Source: Haplodiscus bocki
Lineage: Eukaryota
Direction of reading: 5' to 3'
DNA: 64,000 nt
Assembly (NCBI GenBank): GCA_965655095.1
Contig: OZ296648.1
Coordinates: 34,782,001-34,846,000 of the forward strand
In this document: piece after piece, positions 35,641-47,949 of the stretch
Layout of the letters: the number at the start of each line of letters is the position of its first letter
Numbering within the stretch: the stretch's first letter is position 1
Notes under the pieces: generated by a model
Seen by the model: only the letters and a program-made list of their open reading frames with translations
What the model was told of the DNA's origin: nothing
The model's database searches: none
Program-made: the position numbers and the translations under genes

Positions 35641-36011
35641 TGAAGTTGTATATATTGTATTATGAAATGTACTGGCCGTCTATACATAAATAAACCGTTT
35701 ATTATGGACGAACTTTTCAGCCAGTGTTTTATGAGTGGTTGAGCGTATAAACTAGATGACTGTTCAAGAGCATAAGTTTAATCTAGGCAAGTTCTCTGTG
35801 ACGACAACAACAAAAAATGTGCTCTTTTTTGTGGCAATCCGGCAATCCTGTTTGAACATTCTGATAGACTTTTTGTCCCAACTTTTTGTCTTTTTCTTAA
35901 ACATGCATGGTTAAATCTGTAGAATTTATCTTTGGAAAAACTGTAACGTATCAAATTTTTGGGTAAAATTTTTGTGTAGTGCAGTAGGATACATTTTACG
36001 CTCACCAAGAA

Positions 36012-36600
36012 TACGAACGAGTTATTTTTTACAGAAAATCGCGTGCTTATATAACATTTGTCTGTCAGTCCAGCCTGCAAAACTCACAATATAATTACAA
36101 TTGGCTCAAATGTTGCACCTGTTAAACAAAATTGACAATTTTTCTGTCAACACTTTCAGCCAGTTTGTGGTGTTGTGCAAAAAGAGATTGAAGAACTCGA
36201 GTTTGTGAAAGGTGTATATTTCGAACTTAAAGCTTCGTTTAAGAACAACGGTACACAGCACTTGAAAACGCTGGCGACTCATGCGAAGAGATTTGCAGGT
36301 CAGAAATTTTTGTTGATGTTGCTACCGCAGAAAAGCATCCTGGACTGAGTACTACTATCAGTAAGCGCAACCTCTTCCATCCATATATCCATGGACGAGA
36401 CATTGAGCTCCAAAACACCCACAATATTCTTTTCAAGTCTCCCTGTGACGTGATGCAACCTATTAAGATTGGTGCACAATTGAGACGCTGATGAGAGCTA
36501 AAACATTGGTATCGAGACACAACATCTGTTGTCTACGGTCATTTTTTGATTGATTCATCGCCACGAACAGACGATCGATTGCGTCACTGTACAAACACTG
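36012..36600 (+). pseudogene. A32-like packaging ATPase remnant
   Basis: DSCEEIC..FVDVATAEKHPGLST..NLFH..GRDIELQNTHNILFKSPCDV..WYRDTTSVVYGHFLIDSSPRTDDRLR. Confidence 0.88.
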
Positions 36601-37369
36601 GATGCAATGTCTCAATTTTTATATCTCCGAGCGGTGCAAATACTCAGAAACTTGTTTAAGTTTTATGTGTTCCGAACTTTTTCTCGCAAAATTAAGAGTC
36701 TTTTCCTTCAGTGTTGCCCGAAAGAAGTTTTCAATTTCCTCTGCAAATGCATAGTGATGATTATCTTGGAAAACCAGCAAAATATACAAAGCTATCATGT
36801 GACAAAGGTCCGAAAATAATCCATTGCTTTGTCCAAAATATCACTTGTAAGCAAGGAAAAGACCTCCCGGCATCCCAAAAAAGGTTCCAACTCTTACATG
36901 TTCTTCTATTTCCCTTCCGTAACCATTTGTTCTGGTACGGAGCAGTTAGTTCTCGTCCCTGCTTCCGCGTACACAACAACAACAAGAAAGTGAACACTCA
37001 GGCAGTTACAAAACAGGAACATCCTAAGTGTCAAGCCGAACAACATCCCACGTGCCCAGCTGATTTGCTTCAAAAGGCACCAAACAAAAAGCTGTTTGCC
37101 GACGTAGACACTTTAGTCGACAGGATTTTGTTTTGCTTTTGTATCAAGATCTCGAATTCTTAATTTAACAGACTTTAATTGTGGATGGTGTAGAAACTAG
37201 AGTTTGACTGGCAGAGTTTGCTCAACAACTGCGTTGTTAAAATCCAGACGTTCTCGACATTTACTTTACTTTACTTGACGCTGCTGTTCTTTTTACGACT
37301 GTGTTTCTGAATTGAATTGTCAAAACCGAAAAACAGAAGCTGGATTCCATTGGAAAAAAGGACGTCAGA

Positions 37370-38260
37370 ATTTGCAACGAATGTGCACGCAGTGTGCTGC
37401 TGGTTAGAGGACTTTGCGCAATCTAGGGAAGAAAGCAATTTACCAGTATCAATAGTGAGACAGTTTTTGCATTCAAAACCTTCGTTCACGAAGTTTACTC
37501 CTGCTACGCGTAAGTTCAAGAGAATGAATGTAAATGCCATATTGAAAAATGAAATTAGGTGTATGGACAAGCGTACGTTCAAGAACTAGCCAAAAGATAT
37601 GACGGAGTAAAGTATCCCCTAATTCGTCAAGTCGTGTTTGATAGAACTGTAGATGCAAAAAATTAAATCAAAAGATTCGAAAGAAACGGTTCGTGCAATT
37701 TCCACTATGATTGCAAGATAACAAAAATGAACTGATCCCACAAGTTGTGGGTTGACAAAGGAGCAAAATTTGATGGAGAACTTCAAAAACCTATCGAAAC
37801 TGTAAGAATACAACTTTAATTTTCAATGAGTCGGACTGAAGCTGCATTTGTTGAACCTACAAAACGATCTTTGAAAAATGTACTCTACTGTTCCATGGAA
37901 AACTATGAACAAAAGTACTTTCACAAGCAGTCTCATTTCGTCACACCCCTGGATTCCAGAAGAAAATGCTTGATATACTTGATACCAAAGAAATCAAGGA
38001 ATTCCACTTTTTGTCCAATTATTACAGCAAACCACTACGAGGATAAGGAAAACTCGAGCTCAAAAAGGAGACAGAAATTGTAATTCGAAGTACAGCCTAG
38101 ACTTCGGGAAGAATTGTACTTCAAGTTTCACCCATAAAGGTCCTGACTTTGTTGCAATTTCTTACAGAAAATCTCCAACATGCAAAATAAAAGAAGAACA
38201 GGATGAAGATGTTCTTGGTGATTTTTTTTATCAGAAGGAATTGATTGAAAACTTTTCACC
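37370..38260 (+). pseudogene. Polinton rve integrase remnant
   Basis: VRQFLHSKPSFTKF..RKFKR..NEIRCMD, LWVDK and MSRTEAAFVEPTKRSLKN; multiple frameshifts. Confidence 0.88.
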
Positions 38261-38960
38261 AGGGAATCGCTCAAAACAAGGTTAATTTCTAATGCATCTG
38301 CACAATTACTTCCAAACGATACACTCAGCTTTCTTACAAAGTTTTTAACGTAGCAAGTGAATCTGGAGGGTCAAGTAGAAGTTCCAACATCGGAAATATC
38401 CTACCAGGCAAAGTACGAAAAATTTATCTGAAAAACTTTTTTCTTCAGTACAAAAATATCTGAAACGCGAAAGTTTGCTAACTTGAATCCAGTTAATAGC
38501 AATCCATTACCGATATTGTTGAAACCATGAACACTCTCGTTTTCAAGGGAAACACAATCACAGCGAAAAATGCATCACAGTTGAATTGTTTTGAAGAGCG
38601 CAAGAAATTGAATCTTACCTTGCAAATGAAGGATCCGGATTTAATTTTAGAAGTATAATTTTGGGAGACATTTCCGGAAACAAATAATGGCAATGAATTT
38701 GGAGTGGTGTTGAGAAAAACAGGACCTGACTAATTAAAAAAAGTCTTCGACCTTGTCCGCATACAATCTCTCATGATAATAAACACAACCTGATTGAGTA
38801 CAATGTTGTTGGAGACCCGGAGGTGACCTTGATGCTTTGCTTTCAAGTCAGAAGTCAAGGACAAAATAACCACTGGACAGTACATGAAATATCAGATTTT
38901 TTTGCAACCTGCAATTAGGACAGCTGCTCAAACCTTCTTCATCGTTCTGACATCGACTTT
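38260..38960 (+). pseudogene. Minor capsid (penton) remnant
   Basis: LISNASAQLLPNDTLSFLTKFL..VNLEGQVEV..SEISY at the N-terminus and IEYNVVGD near the C-terminus. Confidence 0.82.
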
Positions 38961-38975
38961 CAACACCTGCGGTTT

Positions 38976-39200
38976 GTGGGAACCGAGAGTCGGTTTCTGC
39001 GTAACAACATTGTCCGAGCTGCAAGACGTGTGATTGCTGTTATGTTGGAATTCGCTGCGGCAGAAATTGCAGAAGTTTTTAGCGGCAGAAAAGAATTCAA
39101 GACAGCTGCAAAAGAAGTGGGAAGTCCATTTCTGAAAAAACAGTTACTTAGTGCTAACAAAAAGCAAAAAGGAGCTCTTAGCGGAAACCAGCTTGCGTAT
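38976..39200 (+). pseudogene. Small basic core protein remnant
   Basis: FLRNNIVRAARRV..LEFAAAEIAEVFSGRKEFKTAAKEVG..LKKQL lies between the minor and major capsid genes; 5' part apparently deleted. Confidence 0.6.
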
Positions 39201-39299
39201 GGGAAGCAGGCAAGCAGTGTCATTCCAGGAAACCCTGGAAGACAGACCACTTCGTCACAAGGATAGGTTAATCCACTGTTTCTCATTGATCATAACGAG

Positions 39300-40682
39300 C
39301 AACCTTCGGTACTATCTTTTGTGGCAGTTTATGGAAACTTGCAGAGAAAATCACGGTAATTGACAATGCGTTATCCTCCCACGAACAAAAAGTTCATCCT
39401 AGCACTTTATTGGAAGAATTTTGCAAAAATTACCATTTTCAGGCGGGTCGAAGTACTTACGTTGAATTGCATCAAACATTTTCTTGGCTTTGAAACCGAG
39501 AAGCATTAAAAATTGTGGTTGAAAAACATACAATATCAGAAACGTTCGAAGAGAGCACATGGACGAATCAAAAAAAAGATGCAGCAGAAACTTCGCCCGA
39601 TGGGAAGTCGGAGCAAAATTTTCCAGTTTCTCTAGTTACTCATGTATACAAAAATTTGCATTCCTTTCTTGAATATAGAAATGTAAACCAAAAATCAGCA
39701 TATCTACGAGTCTGATGCATTGTATGCCAACAAGTCTTACTTTTTCAGCAATTTCAAGGGAGTCATTTATGAAATTAGAGGAACTTTGCTCTGCGGAAGG
39801 TACGGTTCTGATGAATGTCCTGATGAAATTTTGGATGCAACTTTTACTGAATTACTCTAACAAGGAGAAGGAGTTTGTTCAGTCAACCCGATGACGTCAT
39901 GCCTGATGGTAAGCCGGGTGTTGACTTTTTCTCTACTTCTGAATTGTTGTATTCGAAAATGATAACTAAGTTATCACTAAAAACAGCAAAACTTCGTTTC
40001 CACTTGATTAGCGACAACCCCAACATTAGCCTTGGAATTGTTGATTGCTCACTTTATACTCGCCTTATTGCTCTCAATTTATGCAAGCATGTCCGTTGTT
40101 TTCTGGTTATTGAAAATAACCAGAAAACAACGGACATGCTTGCATAAATTCCTGTGGAATTCAACTACTTGGAGACTCTAACGAAAACTATTATCATTCT
40201 TGTAGACGGAACCAGTTCATCCCAATAAAACATAGTTTTAGCAAAGCTCCTGTTCGCCGAATTGGCATTACAGTGTATCCAAATTCTGCTTTGACTGGAT
40301 CGTTTACTCAAAATCCATTCTCGTATCAAGAATTTGATCTCAGACAAATTAGAACACTCAGAGGATGTAAGCCGATTGTAGATTTTGATTTTGCCGATAT
40401 TTTTCGCCTTTATGTTATGACAAGGAAGCCACTGCACTTTCAAGATGATATCTCCTCAAGTCTACTTAGTAATTCAAAGCCCACTTTGTATTAGTGATTG
40501 GTTTGACTTCAATGCAACATGCTACTGAAATATGTCATTTGCCAAAACCAGTTGGAAATCCACTGAGAGCGGAGCTTAACCTTGTTTGTCCTCTAGAACA
40601 CGTTACTGAACCCATTGTATTCGGAGAACGAATGTCTTCGATTCCATTTGAAAAGTCTGCTTTTGTTGGAAAAAAGATCTAA
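39300..40682 (+). pseudogene. Double-jelly-roll major capsid protein remnant
   Basis: SSHEQKVHPSTLLE.., GKPGVDFFSTSELLY, TGSFTQNPFSYQEFDLRQIR and PLRAELNLVCPLEHVTEPIVFGER. Confidence 0.87.
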
Positions 40683-40684
40683 AT

Positions 40685-41080
40685 TGCATAACGCTTCTCT
40701 CCGGCAAACAATCAACCGTATCTCACTAATCAGGTATTGGTACGTTGGTTTTTTCCCCTCTGACTCTGTTCCACATCTTTCGAATGGAGCTTTTACGACT
40801 TTGAACAGGCAATCCAGCATTATGGAGTGTGAACATTGGATAATAAATGCAAACTTTCGTTAGAGTTGGTAACTTGAAGATTCTCTCGCATGTAAAAAGT
40901 AGCGTCTCTTCAACCCGCACTACAGTCAGATGATGCCAGAAGCACTGCAGTGTCATCCCATCGTTTGCAGTTCCCACACGATATTTGCACTTTTTCTTGT
41001 CTTGAAGTTCCGAAAAGAACAAATTACTGGAGTTCAGGATGTAATGTATTTCATTTCCTAGGTAACTTCATGAAATACTT
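40685..41080 (+). pseudogene. Adenain-type cysteine protease remnant
   Basis: YVGFFPSDSVP..FTTLNRQSSIMECEHWII and a downstream LQCHPIVC. Confidence 0.82.
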
Positions 41081-42299
41081 TTTTGTCTATCAAATCAAGA
41101 TGCAGGCTTTACAAATTTTTGTGATCTCCAGTACTCTCTAGTTATTTCTTTTATTCTCTTTATTAATTTTTACCTTTTCTATAGCATTATTTCACAACAG
41201 TATCCGCAGTCGCCATAGTTTATCCCCGGCCGTCACAACAAGTCCACCCCGTGAACAATGCTCGCATGGTGCCCGCATGCTCTGCGCAACTAAGCTTCGA
41301 AAACATTGAAAAGCTTTTCCCAAAAAATCTGACAGTGTCGAAAAAAAGTTACTGAGCACACGTTCATTTTTTTTACACATTGCCAAACACCATAACTTAC
41401 AATAAACAATTATCAATTAACTTTCCGTATTTTATCAGAATTGTTTTCGGCAGCCAATCGGAATTGAGAATCCTTTTGTCAAAAAAATTCGGAGGAGACT
41501 GGGCTAAAGGGGAGAAACAGTCTACGCGCCCAGCGTGAGTCGGATTGTTTTAGCCAATGTTATTCAATGGAGAAGCATCCAACCACCCCCGACCCACCCA
41601 CTGAAACAGCTGACACTCTTACTATTCTTACGTGGCCCAGGCGGCCTTCAAAAGTCTCATCAAATCTGATTGTCTAGAATTGCACTCAATCAACGTAAAG
41701 CCTTAATGGAAGATTTTGGTGATGGAATTCAGAACCTCCAGCAGTGTTTCCTTGCCGTTGCGCAATCGAACAGGTACTTCTTATGTGCAAAAAACTTTCA
41801 CTTCTGTTAACTTCCATTTTCGCATGCCTATGCAAATTCCAAATTCCACCTTTAATCTCAAAAGATATGCTTTCTGCTCCTACCCCACATCACTCTACTG
41901 AAATCTGAAGATTTTGAGAGCTCTATTTGTACCTTTTTTGATCTAATTGAGGTTTCTCCAAACCTATTTCTCTCCAGGGTCTTCTGTTTACTGAAAACCA
42001 CGCGGATCCACAAAATCTAACCCACTTCTGCTGGTCGTTGATTTGTCGACCGTGTTCACTTTTTTTACCACGTCCAAAAACAAAAAATTGACAAAAATGT
42101 TTCGAAGTTTTCTGACCGTAATAATTTCGTCACTGAGCGGGAACGCACTGAAGATAAATGAAGCCTCAATCACTGTGTTCTTTTTTATGACTTGATTTTT
42201 CATGTCCATTTCTTTGTCCGTTTTTTCGTAGTCTACTGCGCCCTGAAACAAAAACGTCAATGTAATTGGAAAAAATCATCAAATTCGTGGTATACAAAA

Positions 42300-45200
42300 C
42301 AATCAGTGAACCGTTCTGAAAATGAACATATTGAATTGTTCTATTCCCTGGCAGGAGGCGCCATTCTTAGAATTGTTCGCTCCAAGTTATTCCACATTGT
42401 CAAATGAATTTTGGGAGTTTTCAGCGTTATCCTGAAACAAGCATAAACCTATGCGCTTTTTAATTACTTCTTTTTATATCAAGTTTTAGGGTTCCTTTGA
42501 ACGTTTCTACAATGCGCAACATACGGGCATCTCCTCTCTGCTAAACTCTTACGGTTCTGTAGGACCAGGAGATCCTATTGTTCTGCTTCAATTTCAAGAA
42601 AAACTGATTTTGCATTGTCGACCGAGCAACTTGGCATCTCAAATTTAGTTCGCATTGCACTGCTCTTGATTTGCAAGAAGAAATGCAGGTTTGTTTTTCT
42701 TAACCAAACAAGATGTTCTGTTATGATTTTTTGATTTTTTCCCTTGACACACGGAAGTTAAGATCGTTGGCAATTCCCACAAATCTGTACGACTCTTTAT
42801 AAGAAGATGTGAATCTCTTGGTCTCTCCTTTTTTTTCAAGCTTGAGAAGACAGCAAGAATTCGTGTGCATTCCTCATAAGTTGAACTGTGAGCACGCTAA
42901 TCATAGTTTGTTTTTTTCCAATTCTGTTCTGCTTCCACTTTGCTTATATCCAATGATGTGCTCTCTGCAACTCCCTTTTGGTTTTTCGTACGAAATCGCT
43001 TGTAGTTAGAAACAAGTTTGTATGAATTGTCTCGTACATACAGTCAAATGGTAGTCTCAAAGGTGTTCCTAAAAATACAAAGGAAAAGCTATTTTTTGTG
43101 AATGCGTGAACCGAAGGACGGTGAGCCATCAGTATTCGCTCAAGGAAATTTTCCCGTTCTTGCTGATGGTTATCTACGTAATTAGAAATGTTTTCTCTAA
43201 GGTTTTTTCGGTTTAATCAAACTCTGTATGTCCCAGGGGGAACAACGTCGTTGAAGTTATTTCAATTCCACAATTTTCAAAACAGTTCAGACTAGAAAAA
43301 CATACCGTAACTTCTCTGGAGGTTGACAGCAAAGCCAAACGTAGTGACCTATTTTTCTACCAATGCTCGAGCAACCGCTTCTGCTTCTTGATTTGTCACC
43401 CCAAAAGCTCATACTTTTTTGCAAAACTGATGTCTGATTAATGAAAAAATACTTACTCTCCTCAGAAGAAGGTAGGGGTCCCATAGCAACCAGGGTTACT
43501 TGCCCAAAATGGTGACTAAGTATCCAAGTTGTTAGACGATAACTCTCTTGCTGCGGCGCTTCCTCCTCAGGCGTGGATTGCATCTATCAACCCAATCACG
43601 CTCACAACGCTTCATGCCAGGCCAGAAGAATTGATCCTGAGCCCTTGTTTATGTTTTTGCGGTAACAAAACCCCCCAGAGCTTCATGAGGTTTTGGCAGC
43701 ATTTGTGGAATTCGAGACTCAGCAACATTTAGTTGCCGCATTACCTGTAGAAATTTCTCAAGTTGCTTTTTCCTGCAGTGTAGCTTATCAATTTTCTGTA
43801 CACTTTGAAAATCAACCCAAATTTTCCACCATTCAACTAAGGCTCCAATCTTGTGTCGCCAGTCAAGCCTGTGTTTGTTTACAGCCGAATAATGTCAGTG
43901 GTTTAGTTTTTATCTTTTTTTGTGTCATTTCAATGCTCTACCGGTCAGTAGTTTCAAGTAGATTCCATGGATTAGCTGAAAAGGTCTGAAATCTTGTAAC
44001 GCTTTTTGTTGAGTCGACCACAACTGCCGTCATGTTGCTCTCCTCAACTAGCATTGGCAACAAATGGTCCGCAAGAGTTATGTCTTTTTCCTCGTTTTGT
44101 TTGACTTTGAAATTAAACTGCCTCAAAATTTCACTCCATCCTGCAATCAAACCATCAGGATGTTTAAAAGTGTATGGCAACTCAGGTGTCCATGATCTGT
44201 CACAATCACAAACTTCCCGCAACGGAGGTAACCCTTGAATTCAATTGTGAAGTGCAAGACTGAGAATAGCTCACGCTTGGTTGCAGAATAGTTGTTTTAA
44301 CTTCTGGTAATTTACTTTCTAGTAATGGTAATGCATTTACCCTATCCAGTCCATCTTGCAATTGTTTCATATTCCCACCAAGGCCATTTATTGAAGCGTC
44401 TGTGCTCACATTTTGTTTGGGTAGCCCGAAAACAGGGATGACTGAAGTTTCTCCTTCAACTCTTGCAGCGCCTCCTCACAGTCCTTCTGTCCGGGAAACT
44501 TCTTCTTCGTCCCCAGTTGGTATAGAGGTTCTGAAATTTTTGAAAACCCGGAACATTCTTCCCATAAAACCCATCTAGACGCAACACTGCTCGTACTTCT
44601 CTTGAGTTGCTTGGCGAACTCATGTTTTCAACTGCTGCCACTTACTTTTGATCCACCTCAACTACTTTCTCACAGACAACTTGCCCCGAAAACTAAATTC
44701 TTTCCTGAAAACTATAACGTTTGGACTTTTTTCTATGGAGACCATTTTTTTCGGTTCATACGAAAACCTGCCCCAGGCACTAAAAATATCCCTCGTACGT
44801 TTTATTAAACACAGAGATATCGCCCCATTACACAAGTTCACCTTCGTAAGAGAGACCACTGAATACCAAATCCACTAACTTAGAAATTGCTCCAGGTGAT
44901 GATGGTAGTCCCTTTGTTAGCCGCATCCATAAGTAGAGGCCCATTGGAATTATGGAAGCAGTCAAGTTTTGACTTTTTTTTCAGTTCCATTTCCAGACAC
45001 CCCGATGTTATGTCATTGCTTGAGAAAAAAAACTACCTTCCAAAGATTAGATAACATCAATATTTCTGGGAAAAAATCAACTTTTTTTCATGGTAGATGT
45101 TGATTGCCGGATAGTCTCCGAGCACGATTTGGATTGCGTTTTCAGTTTGGTTTGGTTTTCTATGTGATTACTGAAATTGAAGTCGTTTGCACTCTGCGAA

Positions 45201-46900
45201 TCATTTCTTTCGAAAATTTGACATAGACTTTAACTTTTTTTGATTGTGGCCAGGTGGAGTGTTAATCGTCAATTCTGATGTGCTTCTGGAACTTGGTTCT
45301 TTCGTTTTCAATGCTTGAAGTCAGTTCCGTTTCGAAAAGTAAACTTTGATGCTCAAGGTTAAAAGTTTTGATGAAAGCACCCCGGTAATTTTTTGAACGT
45401 AACAAAGTTTTTTTGTGAACATTCAGTAATCGGATTCGACATAGATGGTCAATAACAATGACTGTAGTTTGTTTTTTCGATAACTGGTCCTCTTTTCTGG
45501 TTAGTTGACTCCAGAATAGTTTCAAGTGGACTCACTGTTTTTTATGAGTTATGAGTTATTGATCCCTTGTCGTTTTTATATTTGCTTCACAGTAATTTTT
45601 TGCCCCTAGCTTGAATGACTTGTAGTGAAATTAATGTCAGATACGTTTACTTCTCAGTAGTCGGTTTTTTGTTCGAAAAAATTCGGGCGCAATATTCCAC
45701 CGAAAATTTTTGTTCTTTGGCATACAGTATGCAGTAATTTTAGGTCAGACAAACCAAGCCAATTAGCCACCAAAATGTGTCTACAGTTGACCTTTAGAAG
45801 GTAAACCCAGACTCAGGTACGAACTATTCCAAATGAAATATAAGATTTGATGTTCCTTTCACGAGCATTGTAGCTTTCAAGAGCCAATCTCGCTTCAAAT
45901 GTTGTAAACTTCCACACTTGCACCATTTATTGCAACTTCTCGCCCAGTGACCACTGTGTCTGCAGTCCAGCAGCTATCGCATTGAAATCCCACTTCTCGG
46001 TCAGGCTCAGAAAACTTCTCCCGATATTGGGATCGTTCTCGCCTGCCAGGGGTTTTTCCAAGAGCTGGGGCTCTGTATAGGCCTCCTCTATAACTGCTAC
46101 GTCCTATGCTTCTTTTGCCGCGGTCCTCGAATCTTCTTCTTCCATTACTTTCTCTTCAGCTTCTCCGTCTAAAATTTTTTTGTTTTTCTCAACGAACCAA
46201 AGATGTCTTTTTCTGAATCCCTTGAGAGAGACAAATGTTCAATATGGTCATCTACCGAGTTAACCAACTTTTCCGTAGGAGATCTCTGATTTCTGAAATA
46301 CGTTCTTCTTCCTAAATTCCTTTTATGCCTGCAAAACTTAGTGCCTTCCCGAAAACTCTTCCTTTCTTCATCTCCGCATCTACGAGGTTCAAAAGCAAGT
46401 CAAATCACACTTGAGTGTTGTGGATTCCATCTCGGAACCCAACCCCTACTAAAAAAGTAAAGATCTCATACTGCTCCTCCGGATGCATTTTCATTGCCAA
46501 GCGCTGCAATTTTCCGCTAAAATCCTATAGTTTTTCCTCCGGTTGTTGCATTCTTCTAGCAAGTCGTCTTCGAGAAGCGAATGGTTTCTCTGCATCGAGC
46601 GTTTTGAAACGTCGAAAAATTTCATCTTGATTTAATTTTTATGCCTCCGTCAAAGTGCGATTGAATATAGTTGCTGACTTCTGCAGTCGAAGTGAGAAAA
46701 ACTGCGGTTGTTCAAATGTTTCAACTTCAGTTCCATCCCACTTTTCAGCCTTTTCTAAAATTTGGAGGTCATCTAAAAGCTCGAATTTTGTTATGCGACT
46801 CTCAATATCATTTGAGTTATTGTAAAGTTCTGGTAACATCTTCGAAGTACACGTAGCCGTAGTTCTACTCACCCAGACTTGAAATGCTTTAATTTGAACT
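42300..46900 (-). mobile_element. Old decayed Ty3/Gypsy element (gag-pol remnants; LTRs not identified)
   Basis: Gag N-terminus (46872), twin knuckle CRHSGHWARSC..CKCGSLQHLKRD (~45885-45975), RT thumb P.NSREVRAVL..FY, RNase H TDAS..QLQDG.DRV, and integrase AMGPLPSS..KY. Confidence 0.8.
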
Positions 46901-47949
46901 TTTCATCCGGTAAACTGTGACTTGGCTTCTTCTGTGGTTTCACAGCTTTCTCCTCTAATATTATTTAATTTATGCCTTAACAGCAAGTGCAAAGAATGCG
47001 AAGTTTTAGTCAAGAAAATACTGCAAAATGGAGTATGTAGAAGTTACAGATCGCCGTTGCTTTTTGATACTATACGGCTTCCGTCTGAATCCCAGCAAAA
47101 ATTGTTTACTTTCTCCGGACGTCTAATCTTGTTTTGTTTTCAAAAAGTTTTTAAACATTTTTTGTTACGATTTAATTCGGAATCGCAGATATCATAAATT
47201 TTGTTTTCTTTCAGCGTTTTTCTTTCGTTTTTTTTTTTGACATCAACAACTGTGAGTCCGTTGCTTAGTTGTTCGTGGAGAAACGTCTAACCTAATTTTG
47301 AAAAGATAATTTCATAATGATAGGACGAAACTGATATTTGTCAATCTCCGATTGGTTCTTTTTCCGGATCAGAGACAATTTTCGCGCCTGTAATTCGTCA
47401 ATTCAGTCTTCGTTCAAGGATTTAAAAAGTTGATTGTGAAAATTTTTGATGGAAACGGACTGAATTTTGGTGCGAAAGAAGCTCTGTTGATTGTGTTTTG
47501 GTAAAGAGGGGGTAATTTCTAAAACAGAAGAACATTTTGAGGTTGATATCAGATGGACAGATGAGTCATTTGTGACGCTGAACGATATCGGTTGACAAAG
47601 GACGTTGTTGCACAAAAAATAGATGTGACTAACACGGCGAAAAAAACAGCGTGTGACACCGACAACCGAATCGAAAACCGGGGCCAAGAATTATCTCTAC
47701 AAAGTTTGAGAGACGCCAAAGGAAACACACCGCACTGGCCAAGGAAAAATTGAAAAGAAAACAGTAACAACCAAACAGTTTTGACTGCCATACACGAATC
47801 AGAAATGAATTGGTCTTTTTACTCTGACAAAAACAGGATGGGTTGAAAGTTTGAAGGACTAGGTAATTGGGTACTTGAATGGTGAGACTAAACAAGAATT
47901 TGATGAGTATTCTAAATTTTCTGAATGGGACAAGTTGTTTTTTATCTCT

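Larger units (their letters stand above)
33550..41631 (+). mobile_element. Decayed Polinton/Maverick element II (structural and integration module; no pPolB seen)
   Basis: Colinear remnants of exonuclease, ATPase, integrase, minor capsid, core protein, major capsid and protease. Possible short inverted termini AGTAGAATAG (33550) and CTATTCTTAC (41622-41631); boundaries tentative. Confidence 0.88.

Noticed and set aside
41192-41416. Small Cys-rich minus-strand ORF at the right end of Polinton II
   Set aside because: Cys motifs are scattered over different frames; no assignable product.
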